A DNA stretch of 64,000 nucleotides from an uncultured Chloroflexota bacterium (lineage in GTDB: Bacteria; Chloroflexota; Limnocylindria; Limnocylindrales; CSP1-4), in the NCBI GenBank assembly GCA_947085195.1, contig CAMTVM010000019.1, positions 25,955-89,954 of the forward strand, in the 5' to 3' direction. Within the stretch, counting starts at the first letter, position 1. Each line of letters begins with the position of its first letter. This document shows positions 46,822-55,149 of this stretch, piece by piece. A program made the position numbers and the translations under genes. Below the pieces are notes generated by a model. It was given only the letters and a program-made list of their open reading frames with translations. It searched no databases and was not told the DNA's origin.

Positions 46822-47862
46822 CTATGGGTTGCGCGGCAGGACCACCACGCGCCGGTTCGGCTCCTCGCCGATCGACTGGGTGGAGACGTCCGCGTTGTCG
46901 CGCAGGGCGAGGTGGATCCAGCGGCGCTCGAGCGCGGGCATTGGCTCCAGCTGGAGCATCTTCCCGGTCTCGACCACGCGCCCCGCGGCGCGCTCGGCGA
47001 GGTCGGCCAGCTGTCGCTCGCGGCGACCTCGATAGTCCTCGACGTCCACCAGCACGCGGGTCCACTGGCCCGTTCGGCGGGAGAGCATCAGGTTCACGAG
47101 GTGCTGGAGCGCCGAGAGACGTTCGCCCTTGCGGCCGATGAGGGAGCCCAGGGCCTCGCGGTCGGGGCCCTCGCCGATCACGTTGAGTCGGCTGGTCTCG
47201 CCCTCGCGGATCTCCACGGTGACGCCCTCGAAGCCGAGGTGGCCCATCAGCGTCTCGAGGATCTCGCGCCCGGCGGCGAGGGTCTCGGGCGTGGCCTCCG
47301 CTGCCTCGAGCTCCGCACGCTCCATCGCGAGCGAGCCGCGGGCGGTCGCCACCTGCGCGACTTCGGCGGCCGTCAGCTCCTGGCCTCCACGGGCCGGGCG
47401 CTCGGGGCGCTCGGAGGAGTCGTCGCGCCGGGGGCCGCGGTCATCACGTCGCGGGGGGCGGTCGCCGGCCGGGCGCGGGGGACGGTCGCCGGCCGGGCGG
47501 TCATCCCGGCGGGGGCCTCGGTCGCGATCGAAGCCGCGCGCCCCTCGGTCGTCACGGCGGGGTCCGCGGTCACGGTCGCCGAAGCCGCCGCGATCGCGAT
47601 CGCCCGAGGGGCGGTCCTCGCGGGGACGTGGCGCCGGCAGCGGCACGGACTCGGCTGCAGCCCGCTTTGGTGCTGCGCCGCCGAGGGCGCTGCGCGGCGC
47701 GGCGACGATCCGGGCGGCCTCCGCTCCCATCCCCAGGACGCCGCGGCTGCCGGGGGTGAGGATCTCGAAGTCGAGGTCGCCAAGTCCGACCGCGAACTGG
47801 TCGCAGGCGGCCTTGATCGCCTCCTCGACCGACTTGCCGGTGAACTCCTGGTACTCGCTCAT
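46822..47862 (-). CDS. jag: Jag/KhpB/EloR RNA-binding protein (Jag_N, KH, R3H)
   Basis: FTGKSVEEAI, LIGRKGERLSALQHL, ERRWIHLAL, GEEPNRRVV. Confidence 0.92.
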   Translation of the reverse strand: MSEYQEFTGKSVEEAIKAACDQFAVGLGDLDFEILTPGSRGVLGMGAEAARIVAAPRSALGGAAPKRAAAESVPLPAPRPREDRPSGDRDRGGFGDRDRGPRRDDRGARGFDRDRGPRRDDRPAGDRPPRPAGDRPPRRDDRGPRRDDSSERPERPARGGQELTAAEVAQVATARGSLAMERAELEAAEATPETLAAGREILETLMGHLGFEGVTVEIREGETSRLNVIGEGPDREALGSLIGRKGERLSALQHLVNLMLSRRTGQWTRVLVDVEDYRGRRERQLADLAERAAGRVVETGKMLQLEPMPALERRWIHLALRDNADVSTQSIGEEPNRRVVVLPRNP

Positions 47863-47864
47863 GG

Positions 47865-49028
47865 TTAGCGTCGTCTCCCTCGTCGGCCGCTCCGCGGGCG
47901 GTGGGGCCGGATCGTCGACCTGGCCGAGAGGTCTCGGTCGACGGTTTTCGAGCGCTCCGCCGCGCTCTTGGATTGCCCGGGGGCAAGGGGCTTGGGCTCG
48001 GGCAGCCTCACCGGGTAGCGCGCCGTGTGGCCGCGCGCAAAACCGGGGGACCAGCCGAACAGCGGGAACATCCCCCCGTAGCCGAGGACAAAGAACTGCT
48101 GGACGACCTGGATGACCGTGGACAGGATCCAGTAGAGGAACAGGCCCGCCGGCAGCATGCCGCCGTACACGATGGAGATCAGCGGCAGGAAGTAGGCCAT
48201 CTGCCGCTGGATCTTGATGTTGGGGTCGTCTGCCATGCGCGGGTCGACGGGCGCCAGCATCTGGCGGGACGCCACCAGCTGGACCAGGGAGGAGATGATG
48301 GCGAGGATACTGATGCCGAACCCGGCGATGGCGAGCCCGGTCGTGACCGGCTCCGGGTAGCTCCAGTTGATGCCGAACGCCACCGGGTTGAGGCAGGGGT
48401 TGGTGACCTGCCCGGCCGCGTTGAAGACCGGCGAGGCTGCGCACTTGAACTCGACGATCTGCCAGCCGAAGACGTTGAGCATCCCGTTGATGTTGTGATT
48501 GGTCAGGCCCTGGCTGAACACCGAGTACATCGGGATGAGCAGGATCATCTGGAGCAGGGTGGGCAGACAACCACTGGCCGGGTTGATCCCCCGCTGCTTG
48601 TAGAACTCCGAGACCGCCGCCTGCTGCTTGACCCGGTCGCCCTTGAACTTGCGCTGGAGCTCCTTGACCTCGGGCATGAGCATCTGCACCTGCCGCGACG
48701 AGACCAGCTGCTTGCGCGTGATCGGCGTCGTGAGCAGCTTGAGGATGATCGTGAGCAGGATGATCGCGCCGACCATGTTGCCGACCAGCAGGTCGAGCAG
48801 GACCAGCGCGATGAACAGCACCTGGAAGATCGGCGTGAACGCCCAGGCCAGGAGGTCCATCGGGTTGGCGCCCGGGTTGGCCGGGAGGAGGGGCGACTGC
48901 GAGTGGCTGGGCGTCGGCGCAGGCGAGCCGTTGCCGGACCCCGAAGCACAGGCCGAGACGACCAGGGCCAGCGCCACGAGGAACAGGACCGGCGCCAGCC
49001 GGACGAGGATCTGCTTGAGGCGGGTCAC
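47865..49028 (-). CDS. yidC: Membrane protein insertase YidC (lipoprotein-type N-terminus)
   Basis: LVVSAC lipobox, PEVKELQRK, NPASGCLP.LLQM, LPAGLFLYW; start GTG 49028. Confidence 0.9.
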   Translation of the reverse strand: MTRLKQILVRLAPVLFLVALALVVSACASGSGNGSPAPTPSHSQSPLLPANPGANPMDLLAWAFTPIFQVLFIALVLLDLLVGNMVGAIILLTIILKLLTTPITRKQLVSSRQVQMLMPEVKELQRKFKGDRVKQQAAVSEFYKQRGINPASGCLPTLLQMILLIPMYSVFSQGLTNHNINGMLNVFGWQIVEFKCAASPVFNAAGQVTNPCLNPVAFGINWSYPEPVTTGLAIAGFGISILAIISSLVQLVASRQMLAPVDPRMADDPNIKIQRQMAYFLPLISIVYGGMLPAGLFLYWILSTVIQVVQQFFVLGYGGMFPLFGWSPGFARGHTARYPVRLPEPKPLAPGQSKSAAERSKTVDRDLSARSTIRPHRPRSGRRGRRR

Positions 49029-49047
49029 GCGGTCGTTCTCGTATCCA

Positions 49048-49266
49048 TTAGCGGACCGGGTCGTAGCCGCCCGGGTTCCAGGGATGGCACCGGCCGATGC
49101 GCTTTGCGCCCTTCCAGGATCCGCGCAGCAGCCCGTATTTCTGGATCGCCTGCTCGGCGTAGCGCGAGCACGATGGCTCGAACCGGCAGCTCGACGGCAG
49201 CCAGGCAAAGACGATGCGGTACAGGCGGATCAGCCCTACCCCGATCGACACCCCGACTCGTGTCAC
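49048..49266 (-). CDS. yidD: Membrane protein insertion efficiency factor YidD
   Basis: [24 protein letters not shown]. Confidence 0.93.
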   Translation of the reverse strand: MTRVGVSIGVGLIRLYRIVFAWLPSSCRFEPSCSRYAEQAIQKYGLLRGSWKGAKRIGRCHPWNPGGYDPVR

Positions 49267-49598
49267 GACTCCGTTCGACCTCCGAGCACGCCTCCCGAGC
49301 GGAGGACCCGGTGCAAAGCCCCGACCAGCGCTTCGTGGTCGGCCACGACAATTGCGGGCCGGGCGATGATGAGGACGTCCCAGCCGGGCTGGAACGACGG
49401 CGCCATCACCCTGAGCGCATCACGGATCCGGCGCCGGGCTCGGTTCCGGATGACGGCTCCTCCGAGCCGCTTGCCGGTCGCGAACCCGAACCGGGTCTGG
49501 TCAAGGTCGTTCCGGGTGAAACGTCCGACCAGCAAGGGGTGCGTCCTGGCGACGCCTCCCTCCGCCAGCCTGGCGAATTCGCCCGGGCGGGAGAGCAT
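49263..49598 (-). CDS. rnpA: Ribonuclease P protein component
   Basis: [24 protein letters not shown]; may start at CTG 49637. Confidence 0.9.
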   Translation of the reverse strand: MLSRPGEFARLAEGGVARTHPLLVGRFTRNDLDQTRFGFATGKRLGGAVIRNRARRRIRDALRVMAPSFQPGWDVLIIARPAIVVADHEALVGALHRVLRSGGVLGGRTES

Positions 49599-49633
49599 GA
49601 CGAGCCGCAGCGGGTTGTGACTGCGTTTGCCGG

Positions 49634-49771
49634 TCAGGCCGAGAGCTGCTTCCTGCCCTTCGCGCGCCGCGTCGCGAGCACGCGCCGGCCACCCGGTGTC
49701 TTCATCCGGGCGCGGAAGCCGTGCTCCTTGGCGCGATGCCGCTTCTTGGGCTGAAATGTCGGCTTGCCCAT
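49634..49771 (-). CDS. rpmH: 50S ribosomal protein L34
   Basis: [21 protein letters not shown]...[11 protein letters not shown]. Confidence 0.96.
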   Translation of the reverse strand: MGKPTFQPKKRHRAKEHGFRARMKTPGGRRVLATRRAKGRKQLSA

Positions 49772-49883
49772 CGGGACTGTTCGTGATCCTCTCCATCGGC
49801 CCTGGGACCCGGAAGCTCCGGCCCTAGAGGCACGCAAACGCGCCGAGCGCCTGGAAGCGCGACGGCGCGTGTACGTCCGGGGG

Positions 49884-49913
49884 ATGATATGGCCCATCGC
49901 GAAGGGGTGTCAA
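49884..49913 (-). promoter_or_regulatory. Promoter of rpmH operon
   Basis: TTGACA-N18-TATCAT on minus strand. Confidence 0.75.
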
Positions 49914-50100
49914 ACGGGCGCACCGTCTCGGGCGACCTCCGGCGGGTCCCCGTCGCCGATCCCGGGCCGGGGGCGGGCGCGCGACCACGGGATCGCCGTC
50001 ACCATGAGCGGCGGGCCTGCCCGGAACGCGACGAGGCACAAGGCTCACCGTCCCACGCGAGCGCCCGCACGATACACTGGGGGAGTATGCGCGAATCGCC

Positions 50101-50129
50101 TTGCGACCCCCCGAGGACGGGTGTATTGT
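50101..50129 (+). promoter_or_regulatory. Candidate dnaA promoter
   Basis: TTGCGA-N17-TATTGT. Confidence 0.5.
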
Positions 50130-50304
50130 TCGGCAGCCTCATGCGCCGGAACGCTGGCGGGGGCGGCCGATCAGGGCTCCGTCGTCCAGTCGGGCGGTGC
50201 TTGCGGGGATCGGAGCCGCGGCCTCCGCGAGGCTCCCTCTGGTCCGGGTTTCCTGGTCACACTCACCCATCGCAGCCTCACTCAACCCAGGGTCACGATC
50301 GCAG

Positions 50305-51666
50305 ATGGACGCGAAGCAGGTCTGGCGCGCGGCGCTCGGCGAGCTGCAGGTCTCCCTGTCGCCGGCCAATTTCGAGACGTGGCTTCGAGACACCCATCTC
50401 GTCGACGTGGACGACCAGCGGTTCCGCATCGCGGTCCCCAACGGGTTCGCCAAGGACTGGCTGGAGTCGCGATACCGGTCCCTGATCTCCCAGACGCTCG
50501 CCCGCGTGGTCGGCTACAGCGTCCAGGTCGAGTTCATCGTGACCGCCAACGAGACCCAGGCAGGCGCCGCACCCGTTGCGGCACAGCCGGTCCGGGTGGA
50601 GCCCACGCGCGTCGGTGCCCCTGAGGGAGCCGGCGCCGGGGCGACCTGCCTGAACCTTCGCTACACCTTCTCGAACTTCATCGTCGGCTCGGCCAACCGC
50701 CTGGCGCACGCGGCCTCGCTGTCCGTGGCGGAGCGCCCGGGGCACGCGTACAACCCGCTGTTCCTGTATGGCGGGGTCGGCCTGGGGAAGACGCACTTGA
50801 TGCACGCGATCGGGAACGCCGTCGTCGCGAAGTTCCCGCGCAAGCGCGTCGTCTATGCGACGTCCGAGAAGTTCACGAACGAGTTCATCACCTCGATTCA
50901 GCAGGGCCGCATCGACGAGTTCCGCGCCCGCTACCGCAGGATCGACCTGCTCCTCATCGACGACATCCAGTTCATCGCGGACAAGGAGCGGACGCAGGAG
51001 GAGTTCTTCCACACGTTCAACGCGATCCACGAGGACGGCAAGCAGATCGTCCTGTCGTCGGACCGACCGCCCAAGGGGATCCTCACGCTCGAGGAGCGGC
51101 TCCGCAGCCGGTTCGAGTGGGGCCTGATCGCAGACCTCACCGCGCCGGACCTGGAGACGCGGATCGCCATCCTGCGCGCCAAGGCCGAGGAGCAGGGCAC
51201 GCCGATCACGTCCGACGTGATCGAGTTCATCGCCCGCAAGGTCGTCTCCAACATCCGGGAGCTCGAGGGCGCACTCAACCGGATCGTCGCGTACGCCTCG
51301 ATGGGCGCGACGCCGGTCTCGATCGAGCTGGCGCAGGCCGTGCTCTCGAACGTGCTCTACAACCCGAAGAAGCGCCAGGTCACGCCGGAACGGATCACGA
51401 AGGCGGTCTCCGACTACTACGGCGTGGGCATGGATGCCCTCCAGGGTCAGAAGCGCGAGAAGAGCATCGTCGTGCCCCGCCAGATCGCCATGTACCTGAT
51501 GCGCGAGGAGACAGACGTGTCGCTCCTGCGGATCGGCGCGGAGCTCGGCGGACGAGACCACTCCACGGTCCTCCACGCCTGCGGCAAGATCAATCGCGAG
51601 ATGCAGGTCAACGACGAGATGCGCCGCGAGGTAGCGGCCGTCCGGGAGCTGATCTACTCCGAGTGA
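50305..51666 (+). CDS. dnaA: Chromosomal replication initiator DnaA
   Basis: YNPLFLYGGVGLGKTHL, DDIQF, RLRSRFEWG, GGRDHSTVLHA; start ATG 50305. Confidence 0.97.
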   Translation: MDAKQVWRAALGELQVSLSPANFETWLRDTHLVDVDDQRFRIAVPNGFAKDWLESRYRSLISQTLARVVGYSVQVEFIVTANETQAGAAPVAAQPVRVEPTRVGAPEGAGAGATCLNLRYTFSNFIVGSANRLAHAASLSVAERPGHAYNPLFLYGGVGLGKTHLMHAIGNAVVAKFPRKRVVYATSEKFTNEFITSIQQGRIDEFRARYRRIDLLLIDDIQFIADKERTQEEFFHTFNAIHEDGKQIVLSSDRPPKGILTLEERLRSRFEWGLIADLTAPDLETRIAILRAKAEEQGTPITSDVIEFIARKVVSNIRELEGALNRIVAYASMGATPVSIELAQAVLSNVLYNPKKRQVTPERITKAVSDYYGVGMDALQGQKREKSIVVPRQIAMYLMREETDVSLLRIGAELGGRDHSTVLHACGKINREMQVNDEMRREVAAVRELIYSE

Positions 51667-52365
51667 CCGGCCGGGGCCGGCGACAACTTCGAGCTATGGG
51701 CGCGGCCCGGGCCCTCTGGTCCTGCGCGACCGCCGGCCTCACCGGTCGTGTCGCGCCTGGGCCACATCTCCTGTCACCTACCAGCACAATTGGTGGTAGC
51801 CCGGCCTGGGGCCGCCGGCGGCGCGCCCTGTCCCCCGCCATGCGGTCCCCTCACGCACGGGGTCACCTCTGGCCCGGTCCACGCCGCAGCCGGGGGCCGG
51901 TGGAACCCTGGCTATCACCAGCCTCGCTGGTATTTGGCGCGTATCCCATCCCACTCCGCCCCCCGCCCAACAGGGGACAGCCGGTGGACAACCGCCCGGT
52001 CTCGTGGGCGTTCGGCACCGATTCCCGGGATGAGGATGGGCACAACAGGGGCCCATTCGGGCGCTCTGGGGACAACCCCGCCGCGTCGTCCTGGTGGTCC
52101 ACGCTGCCATCCCCGCTCCATCCCCGGGTTTGCCCGCGACGATCCACGGGGTGCCGGGACCGGTGCACACGGAAATCCCGCACGAGTGCGCGCGCCCGTC
52201 CACCGGATCCACGGCATGATGACGGTGATGACGGAATGAGAAGATAGGACGATCATTCCACCCGACGACCCCGACGCGGGTGTTGCCGCCTGACCTTCCG
52301 GCCGGGACCCGACGGCGGCTCCCGGCCACCCCGCCCGCCCATACCGCTGCTGGAGACAACCCGAC
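51667..52365. other. Probable oriC (dnaA-dnaN intergenic region)
   Basis: 700-bp gap with degenerate DnaA-box-like 9-mers (minus-strand TTGTCCACC 51983-51991, TTGTGCCCA 52037-52045, TTGTCCCCA 52067-52075), plus-strand TCCAC cores, and a trinucleotide run at 52216-52233. Confidence 0.65.
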
Positions 52366-53481
52366 GTGAAACTCTCTGTCATGCAGGAGAATCTGGCCCG
52401 CGGCCTCTCGGTGGTGTCCCGCGCGGTCTCCAGCCGGAGCACCCTGCCCGTGCTCGCCAACGTCCTGCTGCGCACCGAGGACGCCGGCCTGAAGCTGACG
52501 GCGACGAACCTCGAGATCGGGGTGACCTACTGGGTGCCCGGCAAGATCGAGACCGACGGCGCCACCACGGTCCCGGCGCGCCTCCTCACGGACCTCGTCG
52601 GCTCCCTGCCGGGTTCAGAGAAGGTGGACCTCGAGCTGCAGGGCCCGGACACCCTCCACATCCGCTGTGGTCGTTTTGCGACCCATGTCAAGGGCATCGA
52701 CGCGGACGAGTTCCCGACGATCCAGACCGCCGGCGAGCGCCCGACCACCCGAATCTCCCAGAAGCTCCTCAAGCGGGCGCTCGACGAGACGGTGTTCGCC
52801 GCCGCCAGTGACGAGGCCCGCCCGATCCTCACGGGCGTCCTGGCCCGGTTCGAGGGCGGCCGCCTGACCCTGGCGGCCGCCGACAACTACCGGATCGCGG
52901 TCCGGACGATCGACATCCTGGACCCGGTCGAGGCGGTCTCGGTCGTGATCCCTGCCCGTGCCCTCAATGAGCTGAGCCGGATCCTCTCGGACACGGATGA
53001 TCCCGTGGAGCTCGTCCTCGCCACGGCCCGCAACCAGGTGCTGTTCCATCTCGACGGCATCGACCTGGTCTCACGCCTCATCGACGGGCAGTTCCCCAAC
53101 TACCAGCAGGTCCTCCCGGCCGGCCGCGCCACCCGAACCGAGTTCGATCGCGAGGAGCTGCTGCGCGCCGTGCGGCCCGCCGCGCTCATCGCCAGTTCGT
53201 CGGCCAACATCGTCAAGCTCCAGGTGGGCGGCGAGGGCGCCGGCATCACGGTGACGGCGACCGCCGAGGTCGGCGACTACACGGGCGAGGTGGAGGCCAC
53301 AGTGGAGGGCGATGCGACGACCATCGCGTTCAACGCCCGCTACCTCAACGACGTCCTGGGCAACGTGGCCACGGACCGGTTCTCGCTCGATCTCAACGGC
53401 CCCCTCTCGCCCGGCGTCTTCCGGCCCGTGGGCGACGACGCGTACGTCCACGTCGTCATGCCCGTGCGCACCACCTCCTGA
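52366..53481 (+). CDS. dnaN: DNA polymerase III beta clamp
   Basis: STLPVLANVLL, ATNLEIG, RPILTGV, RLIDGQFPNY, VVMPVR. Confidence 0.96.
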   Translation: MKLSVMQENLARGLSVVSRAVSSRSTLPVLANVLLRTEDAGLKLTATNLEIGVTYWVPGKIETDGATTVPARLLTDLVGSLPGSEKVDLELQGPDTLHIRCGRFATHVKGIDADEFPTIQTAGERPTTRISQKLLKRALDETVFAAASDEARPILTGVLARFEGGRLTLAAADNYRIAVRTIDILDPVEAVSVVIPARALNELSRILSDTDDPVELVLATARNQVLFHLDGIDLVSRLIDGQFPNYQQVLPAGRATRTEFDREELLRAVRPAALIASSSANIVKLQVGGEGAGITVTATAEVGDYTGEVEATVEGDATTIAFNARYLNDVLGNVATDRFSLDLNGPLSPGVFRPVGDDAYVHVVMPVRTTS

Positions 53482-54689
53482 CGGACCGGCCGACGAACTC
53501 GCCCGACGACACCCCGGCGGAGAGGCGCAGGACCCCGATTCTCCACGGGCTGTCGATCCGCGACCTCCGCGGCTACGCGATGCTCGATGCGGTCTTCGGT
53601 CCCGGCCCGCAACTGGTCTGGGGTCCCAACGCCGCGGGCAAGACCAGCCTTCTCGAGGCCATCGTCATGCTGGCCTGGGGCCGGTCCCACCGGACGTCCG
53701 CGGACGGCGAGCTCGTCCGGTGGGGACGGGATCTCGCCCGGGTGGAGGCACGCATGGGACGGCCGGAGGCGGATCCCGACGCTCGCGACGCGGTCGAGGT
53801 TGCGCTGGTGCGCACCGCCGGAGGCGGAGCCCGGAAGCGGATCCTGGTGAACGGCGTGGCGCGCAGAGCGGCATCCCTCGCCGGCGTCCTGCGGACCGTG
53901 ATGTTCGCGCCCGAGGACATGCTGCTGGTCGCCGGTCCGCCGTCCCTGCGCCGCGAGGCGCTGGACCGCCTGGCCGGGGAGCAGTCGCCCGGCTACGTCC
54001 GGGCCCTCGCCATCTACGGGCGGGCCCTCAGGCAGCGCAACGGGCTGCTGCGCCGGATCCGGGAGGAGCAGGCGAGCCGCGCCGAGCTCCGGTTCTGGGA
54101 CGGCACGCTCGTGGATGCCGGGACGGCCGTGAGGGAGGGGCGGGCGCGGCTGATCGAGGCGCTGTCCGAGCCGCTGGCCGCGGCCCACGCGGAGATCGCG
54201 CCCGAGGAGGCGGCCGCCGGGCGCCTCCTGATCGCCTGCGTGACGAACGCACCCCAGCAGCCCGGCGAGTCGATCCGGGACGCGCTCGCCCGCCGCCTGG
54301 CCGAGACCGCTGACAAGGAGGTCTGGAACGGCTCGACGCTGGTCGGGCCGCACCGCGACGACGTGGTGTTCGAGCTGAACGGCAGGTCGCTGGCATCGTT
54401 CGCGTCCCGTGGCCAGCAGCGGACCGCGATCCTCGCGTTGAAGCTGGCGGAGCTCGACCTGCTGACGGCCCTCGACGGACACCCACCCCTCCTGCTCCTC
54501 GACGACGTCTTCTCGGAGCTGGACCCCGACCGGCGCTCGCACCTCGTGCGGCGGATCGCGGAGTTGCCGCAGACCTTCGTCACCACCACGACGCTGGACG
54601 ACCTGGATCCGGCCCTGCGCTCTGTCGGAACGGTCTGGTCGGTGACGGCGGCCGCGGATGGCACCAGCCGCCTCGAACGCGGCCGCTGA
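53478..54689 (+). CDS. recF: DNA replication/repair protein RecF (non-canonical start likely)
   Basis: LSIRDLRGY lies upstream of first ATG 53580; GPNAAGKT, GPHRDD, SRGQQR, LLDDVFSELD. Confidence 0.92.
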   Translation: MTDRPTNSPDDTPAERRRTPILHGLSIRDLRGYAMLDAVFGPGPQLVWGPNAAGKTSLLEAIVMLAWGRSHRTSADGELVRWGRDLARVEARMGRPEADPDARDAVEVALVRTAGGGARKRILVNGVARRAASLAGVLRTVMFAPEDMLLVAGPPSLRREALDRLAGEQSPGYVRALAIYGRALRQRNGLLRRIREEQASRAELRFWDGTLVDAGTAVREGRARLIEALSEPLAAAHAEIAPEEAAAGRLLIACVTNAPQQPGESIRDALARRLAETADKEVWNGSTLVGPHRDDVVFELNGRSLASFASRGQQRTAILALKLAELDLLTALDGHPPLLLLDDVFSELDPDRRSHLVRRIAELPQTFVTTTTLDDLDPALRSVGTVWSVTAAADGTSRLERGR

Positions 54690-54701
54690 GGCTGACCACC
54701 G

Positions 54702-55067
54702 ATGCGCGACGACCCCGAATCCCCCCAGCGCCGGCGGCGCCCCGACCGGCTCGGCGACCTGCTGCCCGAGGCCGCCCGCCGGCTGGGACTGGAGTCGGAG
54801 CTGCGTCTGGGCAGGGCGATCACCACCTGGGATGCGCTGGTCGCGGAGCGCGTGCCGCCCGCGGTGGGTGCGTGCAGGCTGGTCCGCCTGGAGCCGGACG
54901 CCCTCGTCGTGGCGGTGGACGAGCCCATCGTCGCGGCAGAGCTGCGGATGCGGGCGCTCGAGCTGCTCGAGGCGTTCGCAGCAGCGCCCGGTGGCGCCCG
55001 GGTGCGGCACCTCCGGTTCCTGGGCGCGGACCGCGAGGACAGGACCGGCCGGGGACCGCGCGTATAA
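54702..55067 (+). CDS. DUF721/DciA family protein
   Basis: Position after recF; LGDLL, WDALV, LVVAV, ELRMRALELL. Confidence 0.75.
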   Translation: MRDDPESPQRRRRPDRLGDLLPEAARRLGLESELRLGRAITTWDALVAERVPPAVGACRLVRLEPDALVVAVDEPIVAAELRMRALELLEAFAAAPGGARVRHLRFLGADREDRTGRGPRV

Positions 55068-55149
55068 TCCGGATCCCGCTCCGGAGGGGGCCGCCGTCGC
55101 GTCACCCGACGGCCCCGACGCTCGTTGCTGCACCCATGAGGATCCTCGC

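Noticed and set aside
47380-47630. Repetitive DNA within jag
   Set aside because: Encodes the usual low-complexity Arg/Asp/Gly linker
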